64,000 nt of DNA. Source: Thermodesulfobacteriota bacterium. GTDB taxonomy: Bacteria; Desulfobacterota; Binatia; Bin18. Positions within the stretch are counted from its first letter, which is position 1, and each line of letters opens with the position of its first letter. Below the pieces are notes generated by a model. That model was not told where the DNA came from. It worked only from the letters and a program-made list of their open reading frames with translations, and did no database searches. Location: positions 1,824,001 through 1,888,000 of the forward strand of contig OZ219926.1 in assembly GCA_964291405.2 (NCBI GenBank), in the 5' to 3' direction. The position numbers were made by a program, and so were the translations under genes. Of this stretch, positions 18,806-28,641 are shown one piece after another.

Positions 18806-19843
18806 TTACCCTACCCGTCGCATCTGTTCCAGAATATCATAGCCGGTGATGGCCTTGCTCTTGGCGGCCTGCTCGGCCAGATAGGCCGGCTCGACGGCCT
18901 CGGCCTGAACCGCCTTGGCTAGGTCCATCAGCGCGATCTTAATGGTCGCTTCGTCGATCATCTCGCCAGTTTCCGGGTCGGGCATCGAGCCGCCGCCTTT
19001 CTCGTGGTAGAGGTCAAGGACGCGGGATGCATATTTGACCTGCTCGTCGTTCGGCGTATAGCAGGCGTTGGCGATGGCGGCCTGCTGCGGGTGGATGACC
19101 CAGGTGCCGTCCATGCCGAGGTTGGCTGCGCCAATATTTTTCTCGCGTAGTCCCGCCTCGATTTCCTTGACTTTCTCTTCGGGGTCGTTTTTTCGCCACA
19201 ACGGCAGATAGACATTATCAACCGCGTGCAAGCCGGCGGCCTTGGCCGCCACCACCACAGCCTGCTTGGAGTACAGAAAATTAATGTTCTGGTCTTTCAC
19301 TACCTCACGAATGCCCAGGGTGGCGGCAAAGTCAGCTATCCCGAAAATGAGACCGGCCATGCGGTCCGAAGCGGTCGCAATAGCGTAGGCGTTCACAATG
19401 GCCTGAGGAATTTCGATCAGGGATTCGATCTGCACTCGCGATTTCCAGCCGGCTTCCTGTTCGAGCGTATCGAGCAGGCTGGAAACGTATTTGATATCGT
19501 CCGGCCCGTGCGTCTTGGGCAGGATAATGCCATGAAATTTATCCGGCGCGCCTTTCACTATGGCTTCCATGTCCCCCAGGAAAAACTCGGAGCGGATATT
19601 ATTGGGTCGTACGGTAATGACTTTCTTGCCAAAATCCAGCGTGTTGAGCGCCTCGACGACGCACTGCCGACTTTGCGGTCCCTTGAATTCGTATGGGCAG
19701 GCATCTTCAAAATCCATCATCACATGGTCAACCGGTGACTTGACCGGGTCAGCCGCATTGCGGTGAAGCTTCATACTGTGGCCGGGATAGGTCATTTCAG
19801 TGCGGGGAATGACGAAACGTGTTCCCTCATCAACTACGAACAT
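18806..19843 (-). CDS. mcl: CitE/HpcH-family CoA ester lyase, probably malyl-CoA/beta-methylmalyl-CoA lyase
   Basis: DFEDAC, IILPK, LIEIP, FGIADFAA, GTWVIHPQQ. Context next to ecm and mcd. Confidence 0.7.
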   Translation of the reverse strand: MFVVDEGTRFVIPRTEMTYPGHSMKLHRNAADPVKSPVDHVMMDFEDACPYEFKGPQSRQCVVEALNTLDFGKKVITVRPNNIRSEFFLGDMEAIVKGAPDKFHGIILPKTHGPDDIKYVSSLLDTLEQEAGWKSRVQIESLIEIPQAIVNAYAIATASDRMAGLIFGIADFAATLGIREVVKDQNINFLYSKQAVVVAAKAAGLHAVDNVYLPLWRKNDPEEKVKEIEAGLREKNIGAANLGMDGTWVIHPQQAAIANACYTPNDEQVKYASRVLDLYHEKGGGSMPDPETGEMIDEATIKIALMDLAKAVQAEAVEPAYLAEQAAKSKAITGYDILEQMRRVG

Positions 19844-19966
19844 ACGGTCCTCCTCTATCGCAGTCTCTTGCTTATCGGCGGTCTGTTGGGGTCAGGAAAA
19901 TACAAGGCTCCCCCTCCTATCAGATTCACACCACTCGCCCAACCTCCCTAGGCGGATGTGTGTCCG

Positions 19967-20022
19967 AAAAGAGGAAACGTGTCCTTCCATCATCCACAGA
20001 AGCGGGACACGCTCCCTCTTTT
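19967..20022. repeat. Degenerate copy of the ~55-bp AAAGAGTAAACGTGTC palindrome family
   Basis: AAAAGAGGAAACGTGTCC...GGACACGCTCCCTCTTTT in the mcl/mcd divergent spacer. Confidence 0.65.
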
Positions 20023-20066
20023 GTGGTATTTTCTCGGCACTCTTCTGCTTCCATAAGGAGAACTGC

Positions 20067-21713
20067 ATGTCCGACACACTCCAACAGACCGACCTGATCG
20101 TTGACACACTCCAAAAAGTCCGCGACGAGGCGCTTCAGCACGGCCGCAGCCTGACCGACAACGGCAAAGGCATCGATGACCATCAGGTGCATGCCGAGCG
20201 GCTGGCCTATCTGGCGACTGAGGTCGAAGCCGCCCGCTCCTGCCTGCACTACGCCCAAGCCGCCGGAGAAAATAACGCCGACGAGAACGGCCATACGGCC
20301 AATATGGCCTTGGGGTTTGCTGCCGAAGTCGGCCAGCGCCTAGTCGGACAAGCCAGTACTCATATTGAAGATTTCGGATTTGACGAAGCGTTTCTGAATA
20401 ACACGCTGGGACAACCTCAGGTCAAGGCCGCCATCCGGGACGGAGCGCATGAGCGTCGCTTCCGCGCAATCGGTCAGACTATTTTGGCAACGAAAGGCGT
20501 GAACCATTCGTGGTTAGAGAGTGATATCGCGGAAATGACGCGGGATTCGGTGCGTCAGTTTGCCAGGAGCGAAATCGCACCCATTGCGGAGCGCGTCCAT
20601 CGCAACGACGAGCTGATTCCGGAATCCGTGATCACAAATATGTCCGAGCTGGGCTATTTCGGCATGTCGGTGCCCGAAGAGTACGGTGGCGGCGGCATGG
20701 GCAATCTGGCCATGATTATCACCACCGAGGAACTCTCTGCGGCCTCACTCGGCGTGGCTGGCAGTCTGATCACCCGACCGGAAATTCTGACCAAGGCCCT
20801 GCTGCGCGGCGGCACCGAAGACCAAAAGAAGAAGTGGCTACCACCGATTGCCAGCGGAGAGCTGATGGTTGCCATTTCCGTAACCGAGCCGGACACCGGT
20901 TCCGACGTGGCCTCGGTCAAGTGCCGCGCCGAGCCGGCTATGGTCAACGGGCAGAGCGGTTTTGTGATTGACGGGGCCAAGGCGTGGTGCACGTTTGCCG
21001 GACGGGCAAACATTATTGCCCTGCTGGCACGGACGAATCCGGAGGCCAGTTCCGGCGCGCGCGGGTTGTCCTTATTCATTGTTGAAAAGGATGCCTTTGC
21101 GGGCCATTCTTTTGAGATGCAACAGGAGACGGGCGGCATGCTCCAAGGGGACGCCATTCCGACCCTGGGCTACCGGGGGATGCATTCCTATGTGTTGAAC
21201 CTCGATAGATATTTTGTCCCGGCCGAAAACCTCGTTGGAGGAGAGGCGGGGCTGAATAAGGGCTTTTACTTGCAGATGGCCGGCTTTGCCGCGGGACGGC
21301 TCCAGACCGGAGGACGCGCCACCGGGCTCGCCCAAGCCGCGCTTGAGGTTAGCGCGGCCTACGCGGACGAGCGCAAGCAGTTTAAGAAATCGCTGGGAGA
21401 CTTCCAGCTCACCCAGTACAAGCTGGGCCGCATGGCCGCCCATATTACCGCAGCCCGCCAAATTACCTATGCCGCCGCACCGGCTATGGACAAAGACGAG
21501 GCGGCCACGCTGACCGCGGCCATGGCCAAATTGCTCGCCTGCGACGTAGCGGTATGGGTCACCCAGGAAGGCCAGCTCATTCACGGCGGTTGGGGCTATG
21601 GCGAAGAGTACGCCATCTCGCGCTATGTCGTGGACGCCCTGGTGCTACCCATTTTTGAGGGCGTCAAGCCTATTCTGGAACTCAAGGTGATTGCCCGGAC
21701 GTTGTTGGCCTAG
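20067..21713 (+). CDS. mcd: Acyl-CoA dehydrogenase, probably (2S)-methylsuccinyl-CoA dehydrogenase
   Basis: AAGGAG RBS before ATG 20067. N-terminal extension (HQVHAERLAYLATEVEA), SLITRPEI, VTEPDTGSD, IHGGWGYGEE, IFEG. Next to ecm. Confidence 0.78.
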   Translation: MSDTLQQTDLIVDTLQKVRDEALQHGRSLTDNGKGIDDHQVHAERLAYLATEVEAARSCLHYAQAAGENNADENGHTANMALGFAAEVGQRLVGQASTHIEDFGFDEAFLNNTLGQPQVKAAIRDGAHERRFRAIGQTILATKGVNHSWLESDIAEMTRDSVRQFARSEIAPIAERVHRNDELIPESVITNMSELGYFGMSVPEEYGGGGMGNLAMIITTEELSAASLGVAGSLITRPEILTKALLRGGTEDQKKKWLPPIASGELMVAISVTEPDTGSDVASVKCRAEPAMVNGQSGFVIDGAKAWCTFAGRANIIALLARTNPEASSGARGLSLFIVEKDAFAGHSFEMQQETGGMLQGDAIPTLGYRGMHSYVLNLDRYFVPAENLVGGEAGLNKGFYLQMAGFAAGRLQTGGRATGLAQAALEVSAAYADERKQFKKSLGDFQLTQYKLGRMAAHITAARQITYAAAPAMDKDEAATLTAAMAKLLACDVAVWVTQEGQLIHGGWGYGEEYAISRYVVDALVLPIFEGVKPILELKVIARTLLA

Positions 21714-21724
21714 AGCAATCGCGT

Positions 21725-21750
21725 CCTGGGAGCGCGGGTATCCCGCTCGC
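21725..21750 (+). repeat. CCTGGGAGCGCGG-type REP-like element
   Basis: Similar to 60377-60401 and 60748-60800. Confidence 0.55.
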
Positions 21751-21799
21751 CTCTATGTTCAGCGCGAGCAGACGATCAGAGCGGCTCAACTCAGCCTAT

Positions 21800-21828
21800 T
21801 AGACAAGCAAATTCCCGGCGTATATAAG
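21800..21828 (+). promoter_or_regulatory. Probable sigma70 promoter for metH
   Basis: TAGACA-N17-TATAAG. Confidence 0.55.
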
Positions 21829-21838
21829 AGGCACCGCA

Positions 21839-21919
21839 CATCATCGGATGCTGAGAGTTGGGTCGTTTGATACGACCGTCTCCAGTCCCTTTATTCTCTG
21901 TGCCAGCCTCCGTATGATG
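21839..21919 (+). ncRNA. Structured 5' leader of metH (candidate cis-regulatory RNA)
   Basis: CATCATCGGATGCTG pairs with CAGCCTCCGTATGATG and encloses the hairpin GGTCGT-TTGAT-ACGACC. Begins right after the predicted promoter. Confidence 0.4.
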
Positions 21920-21920
21920 A

Positions 21921-21974
21921 AAAGAGTAAACGTGTTCTCCAATAGATACAAAGCTGTTGACACGTTTACTCTTT
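21921..21974. repeat. ~55-bp palindrome family copy
   Basis: AAAGAGTAAACGTGTTCTCCAATAGATACAAAGCTGTTGACACGTTTACTCTTT. Confidence 0.9.
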
Positions 21975-21984
21975 AAGGACTTAG

Positions 21985-24900
21985 GTGGGAAATGTGAACG
22001 ACAGACTCCCTTCATTATCGGCTCGGGCCAGTGACCTGTGCGCCCTCCTGCATGAACGGGTGCTGCTCTTTGATGGGGCCATGGGGACGTCCATCCAAGC
22101 CCAGAATCTGAGTCCGGAAGATTTCGGCGGTCTGGCGTACGAAGGCTGTAATGAACACTTGGTGTTGACCTGCCCTGAGGCGATCACAAAGATTCACAAC
22201 CGCTTCTTGCAAGCCGGTTCGGATATTATTGAAACGAATACCTTTGGCGCGATGAGTATTGTCCTGGCCGAGTATGGCCTGCACGAGCAGACGGGCGCCA
22301 TCAATCAGACCGCGGCCGAACTCGCCCGGGTCTGTGCTCAACGCTATAGCTCTCCAAACCGGCCCCGCTTTGTGGCTGGTTCCATGGGGCCAACGACCAA
22401 AACAATTTCTGTCACTGGCGGTGTGACCTTCGGCCAACTGCGGCACGCCTATGCGGAACAAGCAGAGGGATTGCTGCGGGGTGGCGTGGATCTGCTGCTG
22501 ATGGAAACGACCCAGGATACGCTCAACCTGAAAGCGGGCCTCTTGGGTATCGAAGATGCGTTTCGGAAGGTCGGGCACCGCGTACCTGTGGCTGTCTCCA
22601 TCACCATTGAGACGATGGGCACGATGTTGGCCGGACAGGGAGTGGAGGCGCTCTATACCTCCGTGGCCCATCGGGACCTGTTCGCGCTCGGGCTGAACTG
22701 TGCGACCGGACCCGATTTCATGACCGATCATCTCCGGACCTTGGCAGAGTTCTCCCGTTTTCCTGCTTTATGTATCCCGAACGCCGGGTTGCCGGACGAA
22801 GAAGGGCACTACAACGAATCACCCGAGATGATCGTGACCAAGCTCGAACGTTTTGTCGATGCCGGCTGGCTCAATATGCTGGGCGGCTGCTGCGGCACGA
22901 CACCCGCGCATATTGCATTGCTCAGTCAGATGCTGGAGGGCAAACAGCCTCGAACGCTGCCGACGACAAAACGGAGTGTGGTCTCAGGGCTCGAACCCCT
23001 GGTGATCGACGAAGATAAACGCCCAATGCTGGTCGGTGAACGCACGAACGTCATTGGCTCACGCAAGTTCAAGAGGCTCATCCGCGACGGCGCGTTTGAA
23101 GAAGGCGCGGAGATCGGTCGGCGACAGGTGCGGGGCGGGGCCCACATCGTGGATGTGTGTCTGGCCGACCCGGACCGTGAAGAACTCGGCGATATGACCG
23201 CCTTCCTGGATATTCTGGTGCGGAAGATCAAAGTCCCCCTGATGATCGACTCGACCGACGCCCTGGTCATTGAAGCCGCACTTGAACGCTCACAGGGTAA
23301 GGCGGTCATCAACTCCATCAACCTGGAAGACGGCGAGGAACGGTTTGCGCAGGTCGTTCCGCTCATCAAACGCTACGGTGCGGCGGTAGTGGTGGGCTGT
23401 ATCGATGAAGACCCGGAACAGGGCATGGCGGTCACCCGGCAGCGGAAACTCGCAGTGGCTAAACGGAGCTATGATCTGCTCACCCATAAATACGGTCTGG
23501 ACGCCGAAGATATTATTTTCGATCCGCTGGTGTTTCCCCTTGGAACCGGTGACCGCAACTATATTGGCGCTGGCGAAGAGACGATCGCAGGAGTCCGGCT
23601 GATTAAAAAAGCGCTGCCGGCATGCAAGACCATCCTGGGTATCAGCAATGTGTCCTTTGGCCTCCCGCCGGCCGGTCGTGAGGTGTTGAACTCCGTGTTT
23701 CTCTACCACTGTGTCAAGGCGGGTCTCGATCTGGCGATTGTGAACACGGAAAGGCTGGAACGCTACGCCTCGATTACCGAAGAAGAAAAACATCTCGCCA
23801 ATGATCTGATTTACTGGCGTGGTGAGGATCCGGTCGCCGCTTTTGCCGCTCACTTTCGACAGAAAAAAGAAAGCGCAATTGAGGATACGCGCGCCGACCT
23901 GCCGCTGGATGAACGGCTGGCGCGGTATATTATAGAGGGCTCCAAGGACGGGCTGATCGACGACCTCAACACCGCCCTCAACGAGCGACCACCCTTGGAT
24001 ATCATCAACGAGCCGCTCATGGCGGGGATGGATGAGGTTGGCCGCCTGTTTAACAACAATGAACTCATTGTGGCCGAGGTCTTGCAAAGCGCAGAGTCCA
24101 TGAAGGCTGCCGTCGGGCATCTCGAACCCTTTATGGAGAAAACGGACAGCGCTCTCAAAGGCACGGTCATCCTGGCCACCGTCAAGGGTGATGTGCATGA
24201 TATCGGCAAAAACCTGGTGGAGATCATCCTGTCAAACAACGGCTATCGGGTGGTCAACCTCGGCATTAAAGTCGCACCGGAAACCTTGATAGAGGCCGTG
24301 CGTGAACATCAACCGGATTTAGTGGGTCTGTCCGGTTTATTGGTCAAATCGGCCCAACAGATGGTGGTGACGGCCCAGGATCTCACAACGGCCCAGGTAA
24401 CCTGTCCCCTGCTGGTTGGTGGGGCTGCGCTGACTCCGCGTTTTACTGCCAATAAGATTGCGCCCGAGTACGACGGTCTGGTCTGTTACGCGAACGATGC
24501 CATGCGCGGTCTGGACCTGGCAAACCAGATTATGGATGAAGACCGGTACGCGACACTTCTGCTGGACCTTGAGAAAGAGCGGGAACGGCTCGCCCAACAA
24601 GAACGTACGCCAAAACAAGAACCATCCGAAGCGCGTCCTGTCCGGCCCGCCACGCTCTCACACGACCAGCCAGCCCCCCATCCGCCCGACCTGCGGCTAC
24701 ATACGCTCGATGATTATGACCTGGACACGATCTTCGCCTACCTCAACCCGACCATGCTGTACGGCAAGCACCTCGGGCTGAGGGGGAATCTTGAGACCTT
24801 ATTAACGCAGGGCAACGAAAAAGCTACCGAGTTACACCAGCAGGTTGAAACTGTGATGGATGAGGTGATTGCAAAAAAAATGCTGCGCGCTCAGGCGGTG

Positions 24901-25539
24901 TATCAATTCTTTCCGGCCCAAGCCGAAGGCGACGGCCTGCGACTGTATCGTGCCAACGGCAAAGATATTGCCGCAACGTTTCTCTTTCCCCGCCAACAGC
25001 ATGGAGAGGGCCTGTGTCTGAGTGACTTTGTGGCTCCGACGAGCAGCGGCAAACAGGACTATATTGCGCTCTTCGCCGTGACCTGTGGCCACGGGGTCCG
25101 AGAACTCGCAAAACAGTACCGCGAGTCAGGCCACTACCTCCAGTCCCATATCCTGCAAGCCCTGGCGATTGAGGGCGCAGAGGCGTTTGCCGAACTCCTC
25201 CATCAGCGCCTACGAGAAATGTGGGGCTTTGCCGACCCGCCGGAGCTGAGCATGCGGGAGCGCTTCAAGGCCAGGTATCGTGGCGTCCGGGTGAGTTTCG
25301 GCTATCCGGCCTGCCCGCGCCTCGAAGACCAGGAGCGTTTGTTTCAGGTGCTGCCAGTCACCGCCTCAATCGGTGTCGAGCTGACAGAGGGTTATATGAT
25401 GGAGCCGGAAGCCTCGGTCTCGGCTCTCGTCTTCCATCACCCCCAAGCCAAATACTTCAACATTCTGGACGATGAGCTGGCCGCTTTCGAGCGGCGGCTG
25501 GCCGAGCGCTCAAACGCGCTCAGTGCGGCGGCGTTATAG
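21985..25539 (+). CDS. metH: Cobalamin-dependent methionine synthase
   Basis: DGAMGT, GLNCATGP, GGCCGTTP, GERTNVIGS, ATVKGDVHDIGKNLV, GYPACP. Confidence 0.97.
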   Translation: MGNVNDRLPSLSARASDLCALLHERVLLFDGAMGTSIQAQNLSPEDFGGLAYEGCNEHLVLTCPEAITKIHNRFLQAGSDIIETNTFGAMSIVLAEYGLHEQTGAINQTAAELARVCAQRYSSPNRPRFVAGSMGPTTKTISVTGGVTFGQLRHAYAEQAEGLLRGGVDLLLMETTQDTLNLKAGLLGIEDAFRKVGHRVPVAVSITIETMGTMLAGQGVEALYTSVAHRDLFALGLNCATGPDFMTDHLRTLAEFSRFPALCIPNAGLPDEEGHYNESPEMIVTKLERFVDAGWLNMLGGCCGTTPAHIALLSQMLEGKQPRTLPTTKRSVVSGLEPLVIDEDKRPMLVGERTNVIGSRKFKRLIRDGAFEEGAEIGRRQVRGGAHIVDVCLADPDREELGDMTAFLDILVRKIKVPLMIDSTDALVIEAALERSQGKAVINSINLEDGEERFAQVVPLIKRYGAAVVVGCIDEDPEQGMAVTRQRKLAVAKRSYDLLTHKYGLDAEDIIFDPLVFPLGTGDRNYIGAGEETIAGVRLIKKALPACKTILGISNVSFGLPPAGREVLNSVFLYHCVKAGLDLAIVNTERLERYASITEEEKHLANDLIYWRGEDPVAAFAAHFRQKKESAIEDTRADLPLDERLARYIIEGSKDGLIDDLNTALNERPPLDIINEPLMAGMDEVGRLFNNNELIVAEVLQSAESMKAAVGHLEPFMEKTDSALKGTVILATVKGDVHDIGKNLVEIILSNNGYRVVNLGIKVAPETLIEAVREHQPDLVGLSGLLVKSAQQMVVTAQDLTTAQVTCPLLVGGAALTPRFTANKIAPEYDGLVCYANDAMRGLDLANQIMDEDRYATLLLDLEKERERLAQQERTPKQEPSEARPVRPATLSHDQPAPHPPDLRLHTLDDYDLDTIFAYLNPTMLYGKHLGLRGNLETLLTQGNEKATELHQQVETVMDEVIAKKMLRAQAVYQFFPAQAEGDGLRLYRANGKDIAATFLFPRQQHGEGLCLSDFVAPTSSGKQDYIALFAVTCGHGVRELAKQYRESGHYLQSHILQALAIEGAEAFAELLHQRLREMWGFADPPELSMRERFKARYRGVRVSFGYPACPRLEDQERLFQVLPVTASIGVELTEGYMMEPEASVSALVFHHPQAKYFNILDDELAAFERRLAERSNALSAAAL

Positions 25540-25626
25540 CTGGTCCCCCAGGCTCGGCCGGACAGATAGTATCTCGGGGATGAAGCGCTGACTCAGCACG
25601 CTGAGGAAGGAAACTCGGGAATCACC

Positions 25627-26532
25627 ATGTCGGAACAGAACCATCCAGTCTTTCAATCGGTTGAGGCCGTCCAGGCAGAATTTGCCCAGTGGAATTATAT
25701 TGCCGACCGGGCGCTCGCCCTGACCGTCAAGCTTGCCGCCGATCTGGAAAAACCGCTGTTGCTCGAAGGGGAAGCCGGCGTGGGCAAGACGGAAGTAGCC
25801 AAAGTGCTGGCCAGCGTGCTCGGTACGCCGCTGATCCGCTTGCAGTGCTACGAGGGGTTGGACGCACAAACGACGCTATACGAATGGAACTACGCCCGGC
25901 AAATCCTGCATATTCGCATGGCCGAACAGCAGCCGCAGGAGCGTCCGCTGCTTGAGCGTACGATCTTCAGTGATGAATTTCTCCTGAATCGTCCCTTGCT
26001 TGAAGCCATTCGTCATCCGGGTCCCCGACCGGTCGTCCTCCTTATTGATGAGGTCGATCGCGCGGACGAGGAGTTTGAGGCCTTTCTCCTGGAAATTCTG
26101 TCCGACTTTCAGGTCAGCGTGCCTGAGATTGGGACTTTTACCGCCAGGCAGCCGCCCTATGTTGTCCTGACCTCAAACCGAACCCGGGAACTACACGAGG
26201 CCCTCAAGCGGCGCTGTCTGTACTTATGGATCGACTACCCGACGCCGGACAAAGAGCGTGAGATCATCCTGCGCCGGGTGCCGGGGATCCGGACTGTGTT
26301 GGCTGAGCGCATTGTCGCCGTGATGCAGGCGCTACGCAAAATAGACTTCTACAAACGCCCCGGTGTTGCCGAGAGTGTGGACTGGAGCCGAGCCTTACTC
26401 GGACTCGGGGTTGACGAGCTTCGGGCTGAAACCCTGGAGGACACCGCTGGTGTGATTCTTAAATACCATGACGATATTGAGCGCTTACAGACCATTGGAG
26501 CGGAGACCATCCTGAGGGGTGGCACGGAGTGA
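25627..26532 (+). CDS. MoxR-family AAA+ ATPase (CoxD-like)
   Basis: GEAGVGKT, LQCYEGLD, LIDEVDRAD, TSNRTRELHEALKRRC. Confidence 0.92.
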   Translation: MSEQNHPVFQSVEAVQAEFAQWNYIADRALALTVKLAADLEKPLLLEGEAGVGKTEVAKVLASVLGTPLIRLQCYEGLDAQTTLYEWNYARQILHIRMAEQQPQERPLLERTIFSDEFLLNRPLLEAIRHPGPRPVVLLIDEVDRADEEFEAFLLEILSDFQVSVPEIGTFTARQPPYVVLTSNRTRELHEALKRRCLYLWIDYPTPDKEREIILRRVPGIRTVLAERIVAVMQALRKIDFYKRPGVAESVDWSRALLGLGVDELRAETLEDTAGVILKYHDDIERLQTIGAETILRGGTE

Positions 26533-27686
26533 GTATAGGCATGCCTCCGACAGGAGACCCACCCAGAGAAGAACCCTCCGCTCTGAGCACGCTACCCGAT
26601 ACGTTGCTCACCCGCACGCTTGAGCTGTGCCGATTAGCCAAGGAGGCTGGGCTCGGCGTGACCCCGGGCCGAGTCATTGATATTGCCCGCTCCCTGCGCG
26701 GTATTCAGTTTGTCAATGGGAACGATTTCCGCCTCGCCCTACGGACGAATCTGGCCAGTAGTCGAGCGGAAGAACAGCGATTTGATCGGGTATTCAACGC
26801 CTACTGGTACGGAGAAGCAGAGAACGAAGGATACCGCCTAGGAGTACAGACCGAGTTGCTCCGCGGAAACTTTGATCAGGGCCTCCAGGAAGCGCACCAG
26901 GACATTATCGGCCAGCTTGAAGACAGTAGTGCGCAGGAAACCCACCGGGACCTGAACCTGACGGCGCGCTGGGATGAGGAGGCACCACCCATCGAACACA
27001 CCGTCCGTGCCCTGGCCAAGCGTCTCGCCACGCGTCCCAGCCGGCGTCTCAAACCGTCCCCACGGGGCCAGCGGATAGACCTGCGACGCTCACTCCGACG
27101 TAACATGCGGCACGGCATGGATATGCTGGAACTCGCCCGGGTCCATCGTCGCGTGCGCAAGACTCGCCTCGTTCTGCTGTGCGATGTGAGTGGGTCCATG
27201 GATGCGTTTAATCCGTTTCTTTTACAGCTCATGCTGGGGATTCAGAAGGAACTCAAGAACGCGCGCACAGTCGTTTTCAGCACGGCCGTCACCGAAATCA
27301 CGTCCGTGCTGCGCCGCCGCTCGGTGCAACACACCTTACAGCAGGTCGGTGAGACGGTCCGACACTGGTCCGGCGGCACAAATATCGGTGAGGCACTCAC
27401 CAAGTTGAACCGGAGCGTCCTGCGTGAAGGCTCGACCCGCTCAACGGTGGCTATTATTATCAGCGACGGATACGACAGCGGTCGCACCGAAGTTATTGAA
27501 CGCGAAATGTGCGCCCTGCGGCGACGCGTGCGCACCGTGGTCTGGATCAACCCCATGTACGGGGCCTCAAGCTTTGAACCGCGTGCCCAAGGCATGAAGG
27601 CCGCCCTGCCCTATATTGACCATTTTCTGCCGGCGTATAATGCCCAATCGTTGCAGGTCTTGGTGCGCGAGCTGGTACGGGTCTGA
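26529..27686 (+). CDS. VWA domain protein (CoxE-like)
   Basis: IDLRRSLR, CDVSGSM MIDAS motif, WSGGTNIG, ISDG, VWINP. Overlaps the MoxR stop. Confidence 0.9.
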   Translation: MSIGMPPTGDPPREEPSALSTLPDTLLTRTLELCRLAKEAGLGVTPGRVIDIARSLRGIQFVNGNDFRLALRTNLASSRAEEQRFDRVFNAYWYGEAENEGYRLGVQTELLRGNFDQGLQEAHQDIIGQLEDSSAQETHRDLNLTARWDEEAPPIEHTVRALAKRLATRPSRRLKPSPRGQRIDLRRSLRRNMRHGMDMLELARVHRRVRKTRLVLLCDVSGSMDAFNPFLLQLMLGIQKELKNARTVVFSTAVTEITSVLRRRSVQHTLQQVGETVRHWSGGTNIGEALTKLNRSVLREGSTRSTVAIIISDGYDSGRTEVIEREMCALRRRVRTVVWINPMYGASSFEPRAQGMKAALPYIDHFLPAYNAQSLQVLVRELVRV

Positions 27687-27832
27687 AGGACGGAGGGAGG
27701 CTGGCCAAAGGGCTCCCGGAAGGCTAAGACGCGGGGACCTCGGCCGGTCTGAGCCATCGCGCAGACCGGAACCCTTGACAAACTCGACCCTGCCCGATTA
27801 GTCAAGTGGCAGTTTTTCCAAAGCGAGGGGAT

Positions 27833-28630
27833 ATGCCAACCAAGTATGTTGATGTTGACGACTATGCGGTGCATTACTTTCACACCGGCCAAACAACGTT
27901 GCCACCGGTTGTTCCTGATGTCAGCAAAGGCAAGCTCTTTTTATACGTCCACGGGGCGGGCAGTAATGGCCACTTCGCCCATAAGATGCTGGATATTCTC
28001 TCGGCCGCCCACAGTCCGCTCGCCTTCGACTTTCCGGGCCATGGGCGTTCGAGCGGAACGGAAAGCCTCAAAAGCGTGGCCGCCTATAGCGACTTCACCT
28101 ATAGTCTGTGGCAGGCCTTAGGCGTGCGTCCGGTGGTTATTATTGGCCATTCCATGGGCGGCGCCATTGCCATGGACCTGGCCCTTCGTCACGCGGATAT
28201 GGTTGAGGGCGTCGCCCTGACCTGTACGGCGGCGAAGTTCAACATCTCGGATGAGCTGACCGGTACCTGGCAGGCAGTAATGAAAGGCCGCCAGGGACAG
28301 CCCTTCACCAAGGTGTCGTGCTCACCTCAGACGCCGCAGGAGATCATTCAAGAAGGCTGGATGGAACAGATCAAGACCGACCCGCGCGTCCGCTACTTTG
28401 ATTTGCTGGCCTGCCAGCAGGTTGACCTGAGGGCACAGCTCGGACAGATCGACCTGCCCACGCTGGTGCTGGCCGGAGCGGATGACGCCACCACACCAGT
28501 CGCTCAGGCCGAAGAGTTGCGGGACCATATTCCGAATGCACAACTGGCTGTCATTCCTGAGGCCGGGCACTGGCTGCCACTCGAAAAACCGCAGGCTGCC
28601 TGTGACGCCATTCAGGCGTTCTTCAGCTAG
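27833..28630 (+). CDS. Alpha/beta hydrolase
   Basis: VHGAG, DFPGHGRS, GHSMGG nucleophile elbow, AGHWLPLE. Confidence 0.9.
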   Translation: MPTKYVDVDDYAVHYFHTGQTTLPPVVPDVSKGKLFLYVHGAGSNGHFAHKMLDILSAAHSPLAFDFPGHGRSSGTESLKSVAAYSDFTYSLWQALGVRPVVIIGHSMGGAIAMDLALRHADMVEGVALTCTAAKFNISDELTGTWQAVMKGRQGQPFTKVSCSPQTPQEIIQEGWMEQIKTDPRVRYFDLLACQQVDLRAQLGQIDLPTLVLAGADDATTPVAQAEELRDHIPNAQLAVIPEAGHWLPLEKPQAACDAIQAFFS

Positions 28631-28641
28631 AGGGGAATAGC

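Noticed and set aside
19800-20066. Long N-terminal extensions in the ORF track (mcd from 19800, also 31010, 37561, 59342, 60393)
   Set aside because: They cross intergenic repeats or neighbouring genes; downstream ATGs fit the family N-termini better.
25627-27686. CO dehydrogenase locus implied by the CoxD/CoxE-like pair
   Set aside because: No coxLMS in the window; MoxR-VWA pairs are generic chaperones.
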